Positions 26,721 through 40,070 of a DNA stretch of 64,000 bases are shown piece by piece. Where the stretch lies: contig CDPCPM010000274.1 of the NCBI GenBank assembly GCA_976551045.1, positions 372,001 through 436,000 of the forward strand, written 5' to 3'. This stretch comes from Glaucostegus cemiculus. Lineage: Eukaryota. Within the stretch, counting starts at the first letter, position 1, and every line of letters starts with the position of its first letter. The notes under the pieces are model-generated. The model saw nothing but the letters and a program-made list of their open reading frames with translations. It made no database searches and was not told the origin of the DNA. Made by a program: the position numbers and the translations under genes.

Positions 26721-27804
26721 TGCCAAGAAAGAAATAATTTTAGTACATATCCTCGAGATTATGATGGAAAAATAACGACTTATGAGGAGACTTTAGGAAA
26801 TAAGAAGTCAGAACATTCGAAAGTATTTTTAGAATGTTCACTAATTGAATTAATATATAAGAAATGGAGCTCTCCCCGCCATTTGATATGATCATGCATC
26901 CAACCCGCACAGCCCTCAGAAGTGGATGTCCAAAGGATTGACAGCCTCAGCGTGAAGAACTTCCCCCGCACGTCAGTTTTATATGATAACCACCCAATAT
27001 TGTAAGTAATGTCCCCTCATTCTAGATTCCCCACAAGTAGAAACATCTCGACGTCGATAATTTCACCCTCCTCCCGAAGATATGATATGTTTCAAAAAAA
27101 CATTTATTTTATCGAGGCACAGAGCTGCTTAAGCAGGAATTGAGGCATGGTATGCCATAAAACCGCGTTTCCATTTCAGTGATTCTTTCTATAGTTCGTT
27201 TATAAACAGACGGAATAGAATTTCGTATAAAACCACTGACTATACCAAACAATGTTGAGACAGTGCACCATGGCGCGTGGAATCAATAACACTTTCATAA
27301 ACTGAGCTTTTAACTGCGCAGAGTCAGCAAGTTGCTGGCTGGCTTCCTGCGTTATCTTACTGAAATACTACACTTTATCATTTCCATGTGAAATAGTGGT
27401 GTTCATAAAAGCTAGTTTTGCAATTAAACAAGTTAAGATTGCGCATATTGATAAATAATTGTGAGGCAATAATTGAAGGAACAAATAGCAATTACAGTTG
27501 TATCTCTGTTTCGATATTATATAATATTACCTGTGTCCATTGTTCCTTTTTTCATTCAAGGTAACAAACAGAGATCAGATATCAATATCACAATCAACAT
27601 TTTCCAACAACCCAAATATTTCATTCAAATTAAGAAAACCCGGTTCAGGTAAAACAATATCTGAATGGTAATAATGGGGCATTTAGCAGATCGAAAGAAA
27701 GATGGCGCAGCACACAAAATGCTGCAGGGACTCAGCTAGTCAGACAGCATCTATGGAAGGAATTGGGCAGTCGAAATTTTGCGTTGGGACCCTTCATCCA
27801 ATCC

Positions 27805-29830
27805 AGTGTGTTATGCCTAAGCAAGGGAGACTATAACTGGATGACGGAGGAGTACGTTCCAGTTAAAAGCAAGGACAGTAAGGGCGGGATGAATCAGTCT
27901 CAGATAACTCAAGAAATAAAAGAAGGCATAAAGCTAAAACCTCATGCATACAAAGTCGCTAAGAGTTGTGGTCAACTGGAAGACTGCGAAAACTGTAAAA
28001 CGCAAAAAGGAACCACAAAACAAACAAAAAGGGAATGGAAGATAGATTATGACAGTAAATTAGTACAATATATTAAAAACAGATAATAAAACTTTAATAA
28101 TTATATAAAGCTGAAAAGGGAGGCTGAAGTGAACAGAGTTTCCTTGGAAGATGAAAAGGAAGAATTAATATTGGGTAATGTGGAAATTTCCGAGGCCTTT
28201 AACGACTAATTTCTGTCGTTCTTCATGGAGGGGGCCACATCTAACATGCCAAAGAGAGATGAGCTGCGAGGTGAGGACCTCGATACAATCGCTGTCACTA
28301 AAGAGGTAGTGATGAACAAACTGGTAGGACAAAAGGTAGACAGGTCCCCTGATCATGATGGGATGCATCTCAGGTACTTAAGGAAATTGAAGACGTTACA
28401 GTAAAGGCATTTTTAAAAAATAATTTACCAAAATCTGTGGACTCTGGGCAGGTCCCGGTGGATTGGAAGACAGTGAACGCCACGCCACCGTTTAAAAAGC
28501 GGATGTAGGCAAAAGGAAGGTAAGTAGAGGGCAGTTAGCTGAACGTCTGTAGTCGGGACAATGCTTGAAGCTATCATTAAGGAAGTAATAGCAAGACATC
28601 TGGTCAGAAGTGGTTCTATTAGGCAGACACAGCGTGGATTCAGGAAGGGCAGGTCCTGTTTGACAAATTTACTGGAGTTCCTTGAGGATATATAGTGATT
28701 GCAGTGGCTAGAGGTGGATGTTGTATACTTAGATTTCTGGAAGACATTCGACAAGGTGCCATATATAAGACTTGTCCAGAAGATAAGGATACATGGAGCC
28801 GGAGGTAATGTATTAGCATGGATAGACGATTGGTTAACTAATAGAAGGCAGAGAGTTGGTATAAATAGATAATTCTCTGGTTGGTAATCAGTGGCGAGCG
28901 GGGTGTCGCAGTGGTCGGTGTTGGGCCCGCAACTGTTTCCGATATACATTAACGGTTAGGAAGAGGGTACCAAGTGTATCATGTCTAAATTTGCTGTTGA
29001 CACTGAATTGAGTGGAAAAGCAAATTGCACAAAGGAAGCATAAAGACTGTAGGAAGATAGAGATAGGTTAAGTGAGTGGGCAATGGTCTGCCAGATGGAG
29101 GACATGCTGGTAAATGTGAGTTCATCCACTTTGGAAGGAAAATAGAAGTTTTGATTATTATTTAAATGGTGAAAGATTACACCATGTGTTGTGCAGAGAG
29201 ACTTGGGAGTGCTTGTGAATGAATCGCAAATGGTTGGTTTGCAGGTGTACAGGTTATCAAGAAGGCAAGTTGAATGTTAGCCTTCATTGCTAGAGGGATG
29301 GAATGTAAGAGCTGGACGGTTATGCTGTAACTGTACAGGATTCTGGTGAGGCCGCAGATGGATTGCTGCGTGCAGTTCTGGCCTCCTTACTTGAAGAAAG
29401 TTGGAGCTGGTGAAGAGGTTGTTCACCATGCTGATTCTGGAAATGAGCGGGTTAGGCTTTGAGGAGAGGTTGAGTCGCCTGAAACTATACTTGCTGTAGT
29501 TCAGAAGAATGAGAGGAGATCTTACAGAAACATATAGAATTATGAAAGGGATAGATAAGATAAAGCAGGGAAGTTGCTTCCACTGGTAACTTGAGAGTAG
29601 AACCAAGGGACAGAGCCTCAATATTCTGGCGAGCAGATTTAGGATGGAGATGAGAGGGGACTGCTTTTCCCAGAGAATAGAGATTTTTTGCATTGTAGTG
29701 GAATCAAAGGTACAGGGAAAAGGCAGGTGGGTAGAGATGAGCCCACGGCCAGATTAGCCTTAATCTTATTGAATGGGGGAACAGGCTCGACGGCTCTACT
29801 CCTGCTCCTATTTCTTATGTTCTGATGTTA
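27805..29830 (+). mobile_element. 5'-truncated CR1 LINE, defective RT and 3' UTR
   Basis: PLFK..VSxTSVVG.MLE..QRGFRKGRSCLTNLLEF..VDVVYLDF.K.FDKVP..SKFA.DT, ending in a cctgctcctatttcttatgttct tail. Confidence 0.95.
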
Positions 29831-30399
29831 TCAGGACTCATCAGGTTGATTGCTTTTCACTAATGCAACATGAAATGAAATAAAAGATGATGATGCAAAT
29901 CTGAAATTTATAAAAGAGATAAATGCTGTAATGACCCAGAAGATTAAGCAACATCAGTGGAAAGATAAACTGCTAACGCTTAAAATCTAACGTCTCTCCC
30001 TGTTCATTGTGTTGTTGACAAATCCATGTCGTTGTAAGTTAAGTAAGAGAAAGCAAACAACGAAGGAAATGTTGCTAGATCTGATTGTTGGGAATGAGGC
30101 CGATCAACAGCATGCACTTCCAATTCAGGAGGACTTAGTAAGTGGTAATCAGAGGGTAATAAAATGTAATCTCAATGTAACATTATTTTGTTTAACAGTT
30201 GGATTGAAGAAGATTAAAGTGGTATCAGATTGACTTTAATGGAAAGGCCTGCAAGCAATGTCGACTTCGAAGACAAGTTATTTCGCTGACTACAATCTTC
30301 GTATTTACGAATACAGATGCAGGTGCAAATGGAGTGAATTGCATAGAAAATGGCGACGACAAGTTTGTACTCCTTGATAACTGCCTACTCTGAAATGAT

Positions 30400-31450
30400 T
30401 TGTTTTTCGGAGCACAACGTTACAGCATTCTTAGTAAATGATCCCACAGACGTCCTGATTGTTGATGCCCTGACAAATACTCTCACAAAGCTTCTTTTTA
30501 GTATTTTCAGTGAAATTGTTATCAAATAAATGGGGTGCTTCACTTTACAGTCCATCCATCTGCAGCCTTGTTCAATACGTTCTTGCATCTTACCTGAGTC
30601 GGTTCTGCTTTCTGTGAAATATAAACAATTGAAGAAGAATGAAATGGAGCATAGGATATATTCGACTACATAAAATTAAATCTACATGTTGGTATTTTTC
30701 CATTGTGATATTGTAAGATAATTCAGGGAGAGCGAGATCAGAATAACATACCAAAACAATATAAAAAAAAGCGAAATGCGAAGCATTTAGACATATTAAA
30801 TGGAAACAGTGCTTTCTTGAATATAAACGACTAAAAACAACGTTGTACAACACTATGATGCTGGAGGAACTCGGAAAACCAGGTCGCATCCGTGGACAGA
30901 CGCAGGTGGTCAACGTTTCGGGTCAGGACCTTTCTTCAAGACAAATCTTTGATGCTGGAGGAACTTGGAAGGCTAACGCTATGTTGCTTTAGGAACTCAG
31001 CCGGTTACCACCTAGATTCTAGCATCTGGAGTCACTTGGTTCTCCAAAAACAACGTTGCTTTTATCTTGTTTCCCAAAATAAATGCGTATTCCTTAGTTA
31101 TCAAACAACGACCAACACATCTTTCCAATTTCGATGGACACTTGACTAATAAAGATATTTTATCTTAGTTGATATTATCCACCTATTTCATAATCTGCGT
31201 TATTACAGCCAGTGTAATGCAGAAAGCGAATTTATTAATTCGAACGAAATAAACCAGATGCCAATAATTCGATGCTTTGGCTCTCACAATGAATTGATGC
31301 ACATGAAGTGTAAGAAATGGTAATTCTGATGAATGTGAAATAAATTTCCATGGCCCATAGACAAGGCAATTATAAAAAAAGAACACTGGCTGCTATTAGC
31401 TGAAATGAAATATACTTTTATCCTGAAATTTTAATGCATATGTTCTGCAT
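30400..31450 (-). pseudogene. Decayed P2Y-like GPCR, interrupted by a repeat at ~30855-31060
   Basis: FFFYN..YGPWKF (ECL1), FFYIVLVCYSDLA (TM5), CKVKHPIYL..S...RSF (TM7/H8), in ORFs 31183-31386, 30590-30913 and 30385-30588. Confidence 0.55.
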
Positions 31451-31699
31451 AAGTTCATCACTATTTCCCCTCAGGAAAACCATGTGAAATTAGCTTGTCT
31501 TAATACTTGATAATCAGCCACAAGAAACAATAGAAAATACATCAAGAAGAACATTATGCAATCAATTTTTTTCTGTTTTAATGGATGTGATACTGACGCA
31601 TAATTTTAATTCAATGGAATGGATCAATGTCTTACCACCATTTGAAACCTTTAACTTCAGGATTTCAATCTCTGATGAAAAAAAAACATGACATCAGAT

Positions 31700-32570
31700 C
31701 ATTCCATTGATGTCGCTAGAATACGTACGACGTACACTTTTGTAGGGTTAGTATTTAAATTCTCAGTAAAGGAGCTTTGAGCTTCGAGAAAACTAATCAT
31801 TGCATGGGCCATCCGTTATACACACATTTTCCAAGAGCCATTTCCCACCGTTTAAGACCATGCACATGGAATCAAGCAGAAACTTCAACAACAGACATAT
31901 GGAAATTAATTCTACTTCTTGGACAATCACTTGGTTTCAACAAGCATGTAATTCTAATGCAAGTGTTATGGATCAGTTAACTATGTCAAAAAGCACAATA
32001 ATGTTTTCGTCATACTGAATACTATTATCAAAATAAACTAGAATGCGTTCTCATGCGACCCTATAAATTTTGGCAAACTTTTATGTGTCTTATACAATGT
32101 ATTTTGCTAATCTGAGACTTATGTCGACTGGCTATTTAATCAAATAAATTATTTAGTTTCTATTACGGTATTATATGTTTACTCTCCATTGCACAGCTAT
32201 TAAAATTCTGTACTTCCTGAAATAAAATGTCGTTTAGAATATTATGACATTTATTATCAGATCAATTTGTCAAAATTACCAATATCTTTTGCCAGCATCT
32301 GTTTCACTGTAGGAATGACAAAATATCGATATCAATGCTCCATTACCACATAGACAATCGAAATAATTGATTGTGTCAGGACAGGGAATTTATTCTCGAT
32401 ATGAAAAATTTTGAAGTTATTTTAACATCTGCGGAAAGGAATGAATAAAGACAATAATGTTCTTCAAAAATATCTGAACTATTGTTGGACACTCTGATTA
32501 AAACTGAGAATGAACCCAATAAAGTAGACGCGATTAAGCAGCCAGCACCGGTGGCATTATAACTGCCTTT
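31700..32570 (-). pseudogene. Decayed class A GPCR
   Basis: FSVLIRVSN (TM1), FFI..INSLS (TM2), SVV../FCLIP (TM6), NTNP..VY (TM7). Confidence 0.4.
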
Positions 32571-32674
32571 CACTTAGCCATAAATTTTAGACGATATTTT
32601 TAAACAAACGATGCTACAAGGAACAAAGATTTCTGAATGGGACAATAAGGGCAATTGACAGTAGGGCGTTTCAA

Positions 32675-34272
32675 ATAGACAATAGACAATAGACAATAGA
32701 AGCAGAGGTAGACCATTCTGCCCTTCGAGTCTGCTCCGCCATTTTGAGATCATGGCTGATCCTCAACACTCAGTATCCCGTTCCTGCCTTGTCCCCATAT
32801 CCCTTGATTACCCTATCTATAAGAAACCTATCTAGCTCCTTCTTGAAAGTGCCCAGAGAATTGACCTCCACTGCTCTCTGAGGCAGTGCATTCCACAAAC
32901 TCACAACCCTCTGGGAGAAGAAGTTTTTCCTCACCTCTGTCGAAAATGGCCTACCCCTTATTCTTAAATCATGCCCTCTGGTCCTGGACTTCCCCAACAT
33001 CTGGAACATATTTCCTGTCTCTATCCTGTCCAATCCCTTAACAATCTTGTATGTTTCAATCTGATCCCCTCTCAATCTTCTCAATTCCAGCGTGTACAAT
33101 CCCAGTCTATCCAACCTCTCCGCATAAGATAGTCCCGACATCCCCAGAATTAACCTCGTAAACCTACGCTGCACGCCCTCTATAGTCAGGATATCCTTCC
33201 TTAACCCCGGAGACCAAAACTGTACACAATACTCCAGGAGAGGTCTCACTAGGGCCCTGTACAAATGCAAAAGAATCTCTTTGCTCTTGTACTCAATTCC
33301 CCTCGTAATGAAGGCCAACATTCCATTAGCCTTCATCACCGCCTGCTGCACTTGCTCATTCACTTTCAGCGACTGATGAACAAGGACTCCTAGATCCCTT
33401 TGTACCTCCCTGTTACCTAACTCCACACTATTCAGATAATAATCCGCCTTCCTGTTCCTGCACCCAAAGTGGATCACCTCACGCTTATCCACATTAAACT
33501 TCATCTGCCAAGTATCTGCCCACTCCCCAACCAAGCCAAGCCAAGTCACCTTGAATCCTCCTAACTTCCTCTACACATGTCGCACTGCCACCCAACTTTG
33601 TATCATCAGCAAACTTGCTAATGTTATTCTCAATGCCTTCATCTAAATCATTAACATAGATCGTAAACAGCTGCGGCCCCAGCACCGAGCCCTGCGGCAC
33701 CCCACTAGTCACGGCCTGCCATTCCGAGAAACATCCATTCACCCCTACACTTTGTTTCCTATCTACCAACCATTTTTCTATCCAAGTTAATACCCTTCCC
33801 CCAATTCCATGAGCCCTAATTTTACCCACCAATCTCCTGTGCGGCACCTTATCAAATGCCTTCTGAAAGTCGAGGTACACAACATCCACCGAATCTCCCT
33901 CGTCTATTTTCCTGGTTACATCCTCAAAAAACTCCAGTAGATTAGTCAAGCACGATTTGCCATTGGTAAATCCTTGTTGACTCGACCTAATCCTATCATT
34001 GCTATCCAAATATGCCGCTATTTCATCCTTAATAATGGACTCTAGCATCTTCCCCACCACAGACGTCAGGCTAACCGGACGATAGTTCCCCGTTTTCTCC
34101 CTCCCTCCTTTCTTAAAAAGTGGGATAACATTGGCCACTCTCCAATCCTCAGGAACTGACCCAGACTCTATGGAACATCGGAAACTGATCACCAATGCAT
34201 CCACAATTTCCAGAGCCACCTCCTTCAGCACCATGGGATGCAGACCATCCGGACCTGGGGATTTGTCAGCCT
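32675..34272 (-). mobile_element. Young 5'-truncated CR1 LINE; RT ORF with one frameshift and (TCTATTG)n tail
   Basis: ORFs 33494-34234 (NYRPVSLTSVVGK..GVPQGSVLGP..FADDTK) and 32770-33549 (C-terminal domain); caataga repeats at ~32675-32700. Confidence 0.97.
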
Positions 34273-34599
34273 AATAAGAGTTTTGAGTATTCACTGAAAG
34301 ATTGAGGAGTTAGATGTGGAATCATCAGGCAAAGCATTGCAATCTACACTACAAATTACACAAATTAAAGCAAAAAATAATTACCGACATTGAGGGTGCC
34401 ATCACAAAAGACTAATGTATGATTTGCCCACATTTTAGTCTGAGTCAGTACTCCTGTGCACCGGTGAAGTTAACGCTTATGGGCAGAAAATCTATATTAC
34501 TATCCACGCTACAGTGAGGAGGAAATTCGAGTCCATCCCCACCCACCACCACGTTGAGTGTACATTGAACAAACACGTGAAGCAGATGAGTTTAAGAAC

Positions 34600-35650
34600 A
34601 CGAATTACTGTTAAGATGAACCACCTATCAATTTGCCATTGGGCTGACTACTCAAACTGGAAGCTGACAATTTATTCTTCGGTGTGATTTTATTACCCGA
34701 GAAAGGTTTAATTTACGCCCCTTGCCATTTCACTGTATTTAAATAACTTTCCTCCAATATTCTGGACACACATGCATCGTTCTATTAGTCGGGTAACTTA
34801 ATTGCTCTAAAGTGCGCTTCAATACGGATAAATCGGAATATGGTTTACGTCAGCCAGGTTGGACAAATTTGGATTGTTTTCTCTGGAGCATCGGAGGCTG
34901 AGAGACGACCCGATTGAAGTATTTCAAGCGATGAGTCGCATAGTTGTGGGAGATTCTGGGAGTTTTTCTCCAAAGGTGGAAAGTCACAAGTTCGAGGACA
35001 CAGCTTTAAGATGACAGGGGTAAGGTTTAAAGGCGATTGGAGGGCACATTTTATTTTTACACAGAGGTAGATGCCCGGAATGCGCTGCGTTTTGAGGTGG
35101 TGGAAGCAGTTACGATAGTAATATTTTGGAGGCATTTAGACAGCCATGTGAGCAGGCGGGGCATGGGGGAATACAAACGATGTGCAAGCAGATGACATTT
35201 GTTTAAATTGCCATTGACACAGACATTGTCGGTCGAAGGGCCTGTTCATGTTCGGTACTGCTCCATGTTGTTTGTTCTATGACACATAAAACCATTGACT
35301 GGAAGAGACTTTAGACTTACCGGCGATATTTCTTACGCTCTTATGTCGTTGAATCGCCCGTATTTTATCGCGATTTAATGTAGTGAGAACACTACGGGCT
35401 ATTGTAAAATATTTACTTCATTACGGTTTCATTTAACATGACTTCTGGGAAAGAAGAATGTTTTGCTTTTCTTAATTATTTTGACCATGATTATGACAAT
35501 CAAGTAATCATAAACATTGGGTACAATATCAAAGTAAAGCAGCCTGCTGGAAACACACGAAAATGTATTGCAAATTATCATTTCCTGGACATGTCAATTC
35601 TTATTTTTATGAACACTAATCTCGAAATAAATGCGTTTATATGATAAATT
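34600..35650 (+). pseudogene. Decayed GPCR split by a CR1 fragment
   Basis: LLKLEADNLFF..LLP (TM2), HAS..LIAL (TM3); after the CR1: YCKIF.SLR (TM5), LFLIILT (TM6), LIFMN...INAFI (TM7). Confidence 0.45.
34850..35280 (+). mobile_element. CR1 LINE 3' fragment
   Basis: LDK.GLFSLEHRRLR..LIEVFK..RGHSFK..FFTQR, plus a gaagggcctgt 3' UTR. Confidence 0.85.
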
Positions 35651-35779
35651 CAGTACTCACTACTCTCCGCAATAAGTTTTTCCAGATCTAAAAATGATTA
35701 GTGAAAATAAACAAATTAAAGTCGAGTTACCTGACAGATCAAGAAGCATGTTAGGGATGCACAATGACAGCTTAATACT

Positions 35780-36340
35780 TAGGAAGGAAAGCAGCATTTT
35801 TATGGGTACTTACACACACAATGAACTTTTGTTTATTTACAACACATACAGGTATTAGGATGATAATGCTCAAATTAAGTAGACAGGTTTTTCCAATATA
35901 TTTTGGACTTCACAGTTAGAGAGAAATGGAGAACTACTGGGTTGTGAGTCAGGAGTGGTTCAGACCATACACGCTCCAACCACAATGTAATTCTGCTGAA
36001 AGTCGGGATGTCATGTATCTGGATTGCCAGCGGGTACACCTATTTTATTCCAGTTATTAGTTATCAGTTACAGTACATTTAAGTTTAATAAGCGTGCATA
36101 ATTTAGATTCAGGAGAATGATTATTGTTTATTTTATGTTTCCAGAAAGCAGGAAATTATCGGGACATCTGTGGACATATTTAAGTCAATATGTGCAAAAG
36201 ATTCTGGGAAAATTATTTACGTGACAAAATAAAATGCATACAGTGTTTTAAAATAGACAAAGATTTTGACGGGATGGTGCTGCAAATGGTGTGGAAGAAA
36301 TTTTACGTGTATCGACGCTTGCTGCTATCAAGAATTATAA
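35780..36340 (+). pseudogene. Decayed GPR183-like GPCR, TM3-TM7
   Basis: LFIYNTY..LS/VDRFF (35879-35893), VVQT (TM4), TYFIPV/VISYS (TM5), NFTCIDACCY (TM7; compare MNFNCCMDPFIY). Confidence 0.55.
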
Positions 36341-36559
36341 TCGTTTCTACCCCGTATCAGCCAAGCATAAGTCTAAAATAAGAACACAAGTCTCTTGAAA
36401 CACGCAGAAGTCCGGAACGAATCTATGGAGAAAGAAGCAGAGTCAAGTTTCATGTCAGTGCGACTTCCTCAGCTTTCAGCATTTCTTGGTTCCTTTTTCA
36501 GAATTCAAGCATCTGATGTTTTGTGCATAAATTGCCAAAAAAAAAGATTGATCAGTCGA

Positions 36560-37190
36560 CCATGTTCAAATTATTCTCGAACAAACAAAAGGGAAGATTT
36601 TACAAGTCGGAATTGCAAAACATCACCAGACTTTGTTTGGAATCATATATTTGAAACAGATTAGGAGAGGAGCCATGCTTAACATTAGCTAATTGACAAC
36701 ACTCTCAAGGGCCTTCCACTACAACTGAGAAGGAAAATCACAATCTTTTTCTCACAGAGGTACCGGAGTTTCCAAAACGTGTTAAGAATCACTTCAACCC
36801 AAAATGCAATTCAATGCTTAAGACATTGCAAGGGGTCATACGCTGAAAATACTAACGCTGGGTCAATGTGCAACTCTCTCATCGTGAAAAATTGTGTGCT
36901 CCGACAGGGCACAACCCAAATTCATAGTAGCACTCGTGCTCTGTGGAAACCGCAAATTTACGCAAAGAAAACGGGTTTGCAGTTCTCAGAGCAGAAAAAA
37001 ATATAATCATCATGCCTCAACTATAGAGGCATGGGGTACGGTAGCCGACAGCACAGGCGACCAGCATGAAGATGTACTGAGTTTGAAATCGATCCTCAGG
37101 TCAACAATTGGCGTCTGGGCCACAAAGAAATGCCACTGGAAGCGCACTTCGAAGATAAATCCCATTTATCTCCAATAACATTCACTATAT
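36560..37190 (-). pseudogene. Decayed CC-chemokine-receptor-like GPCR
   Basis: VIG (TM1), YIFMLVAC..TP (TM2), CKPVFFA*ICGFH (TM3), LVMFCNSDL (TM7). Confidence 0.55.
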
Positions 37191-37559
37191 TTTAAATTGC
37201 CTTTTCGATGTTTTAGAAACGTGAAACAATAAAAAGAAACGAATTAGAATTAAAAGTTGAAGGGAAACCAATTTGTACTTTTTACTATCCCAACTGCCTG
37301 TCTTTTCCATCACAATGTCTTGATCGGCTAGACTGTACTCAACTTGATTATGTCCACCTCCTTTCTAACAAGCTCCCTAACGTATTAAGCAGATAATATC
37401 ACCAAATGCCCCCTTTTTCCATGATCACGAAGGTTCTCATTTCTGAGCAGAAGCAAGGAAAATATTACCCACAGCAGCAGAACTTTCGAGACTTTTGCAT
37501 CATTGAAACAAAATTTGAAATGAAGCAACAGAATTAAGGATTCCCTTAAACGACATGTT

Positions 37560-37990
37560 CATAGTTCATCATCCTTTAAGCTTGCAACAATAAATAATAG
37601 TACGATTGATTTTCTTTACCTGCATTTTTTTCCATCAGCGCATCTTTATGGGGGGGGGGGGAAGCGCAGTTGTTAGTACATGGGAAATGGAAATAGTTAA
37701 TCTGTAAAAATCGGACCACATGCACCCAAAGAAATTTTAAACTAATATTGATTCTGAACATCTCTGTTTTGGGTAGCTCTTTCGTATTCCAGAACCATAT
37801 CTGTTGCCAGAGACTTCTTGGCATAGTGACACAACTCAAGTTGTCTGTTTCATTAACGAACTAAGTATAACGCTGAAAATGGGCGCTTTAGTTGTTCAAA
37901 TAATGCACTGTGGAGCAAAATATATTCATCGCCAAGATATTAAAAAAAGGAGAGAATATTGTGTTCCTTAGGAACATGGCGCTGAGAGGA
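37560..37990 (-). pseudogene. Decayed P2Y12/CysLT-like GPCR, TM1-TM3
   Basis: FFNILAMNIFC (TM1), TDNLSCVTMP (TM2), IWFW, FRINISLKFLWVHVVRFLQI (TM3). Confidence 0.55.
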
Positions 37991-38399
37991 TCAGGCACGC
38001 CGACCCAACTAATATATTTTCTTTTGTTCTCGTGTATATTTACGCCAATTATTTTGGAGTGTGAAGTGAACAATGCAGCAAACAATCATAAGAAACGGGC
38101 AAATATTATACCCTGACTATTTCCAAAGTACCTAAAGTCGCACTTCAGGATTTTTGTAGCTTAATGGTGATGTAAAATTCGTACAATGTACTTGCCAACT
38201 AATTTCAAATTTGTTTTGTTTGCGAATTACTTTAATAATTAATGTATTTTTTATCATTCCGTAGAGACCAAGCAACTGCCTGCATACACAGGCTAAAGAG
38301 CACTTCGGAAAATCCCATCACTAACGTAGGTCTTATTCAATGCACCTGTGAAAAGTGCACTTACTCGATGTTTAGCTTGGGCGTTTTAATGTGGCAAGA

Positions 38400-39060
38400 C
38401 CACTTTTAAGAAATTAAATTTTGCATCACCAATTGTAATCTCACCGAATCTTATTTTCACTCAACTTCACAATCCCTCGTTATGCAGCATGGTTTGAACC
38501 CTGCTGCACAGGAAGATTGTATGCTTATGTTCTAACAGCTTCGTACATGCAGAACCCATAGTTCCTCGTTTTTCTATTGATATATCGACTCTCTGGAGCA
38601 TACATCCAGTGTGGAAGCCGATTTGTGTTTGTTTATTGCACGTTGATGGGCCGGTTTTAGTTACACCTGACATCTGAGATATTCACGATCAGTTCGCAAA
38701 CATCTTCTTGATATTTCATGGCACGCCGCTTTCAGCTCTTTTGTACGGTGGGACTAACGGAGGCTTGGAGCGCCTGGGTATGGTTCTTGGCATATTATAC
38801 ATCGACGCTTTATAAAATATGAAACTATATTGTACACCGTATTCTGTCCAACCATTTAGACCAAAACGTAACATAAAATTTTCATGAAATAGAAAGCAAG
38901 AATATCACGTTCTAAAATACTTCAAAACATTTCAAGAAGCTTTGACAAATGTTCTCAGAGTTGATAGAACTCTTTGCTCAAAAGGCCTGTACAAGTCGAA
39001 TCAGTGTCTCACCATTATCAGCAAGTGCTTTTTTCAGCCTTTCGCTGTCTATTTCAAAGA
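38400..39060 (+). pseudogene. Decayed FPR/CMKLR1-like chemoattractant GPCR
   Basis: FTIP (TM2), FSID...IHPVW (~38570-38614; HPVW motif), ICVCL..VTP (TM4), CFFQPF (TM6). Confidence 0.5.
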
Positions 39061-39729
39061 AAGAAGCATCAGACGCATGAGTATAAAAGGTAAATATTTT
39101 TCCCAAGGGACAAAGCTCGTTCATTAATGTTCGGTAAATAGATTCCGTGAGAACTACAATCAATGGAGTATTTGGACGGAACAAATGTGCTGGTGAATAT
39201 TTAAGAGAAAGAGTAGTGCTCAGGTCCGAGGTATGTACTACTACTACGTTGGAGGGCTAGGATGCCTGCATTGAAAATATTTTATGAGCAATGAACTGTA
39301 AGACATTCCTGTAGTTTCCGAATATGTTTGCACAACATAAATACTACTTAAATTTACCCACATGGAATTTATCCCTCGTCCTATTGATTTCAATACTATT
39401 CTCTGCGATCTAGCCCACTTCGTGAAAGGAAATGTCTATAGAATGTGTTGAACTTAGACGATGGAGAGTCACAAATAGGAATGATTTTCATCTGGACCTG
39501 CAGTCAAATGAAGAAGTGCGTCACACGCGAATAGTTTAACAGAGTTCGCAGAATGTGTCGCAAAAGAAGAACGGGGGCGAAAGAGAAATTTGAGAGGGGA
39601 GGATCGAAAAAAATCAGCAGCCTAAAAATGTGACTTCGTGAGTGTGCGCATGAAAATTCAAGTGATTTTGTTATGGATAACAGGAACTGCACAGACAAAT
39701 CACTAAATTAAGTTTCCTGCGCAAGTGTC

Positions 39730-40070
39730 CAATGAAAATTTGCAACAGGGCACGGTATTAGGGGTTGCCTTTGTGCACAACTTGCACAAAATCGAAGCTA
39801 ACTCCGTTGTGAACAGGCATATCCCGCATGAGACCAGGCAACTGAGCAGTAATATTCAACATCAGCACTCAAGTCTAGCTTCCCCTTTTAAACTCCGGTA
39901 TCGTTCCAACATTAACGCAAACAAAAATATATGGAGAGTTACCCCGAATGTGCTTTCACCACAGTATATTCATGTTATCCATTCAGCAAAACAAACCCGA
40001 TGAATGCATTGCTCCCTAATTTGTCTAATTTCATACTGTGTATCTTCTGATCAATTCCACAGGACATGGA
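39730..40070 (+). pseudogene. Decayed PAR/P2Y8-like GPCR, TM1-TM3
   Basis: LASPFKLRY (TM2), MHCSLI..CVSSDQF (compare NMYCSILL.CIS.DRF). Confidence 0.4.

Noticed and set aside
28165-29693. Minus-strand ORFs of 67-174 aa
   Set aside because: Antisense frames of CR1 RT, not genes.
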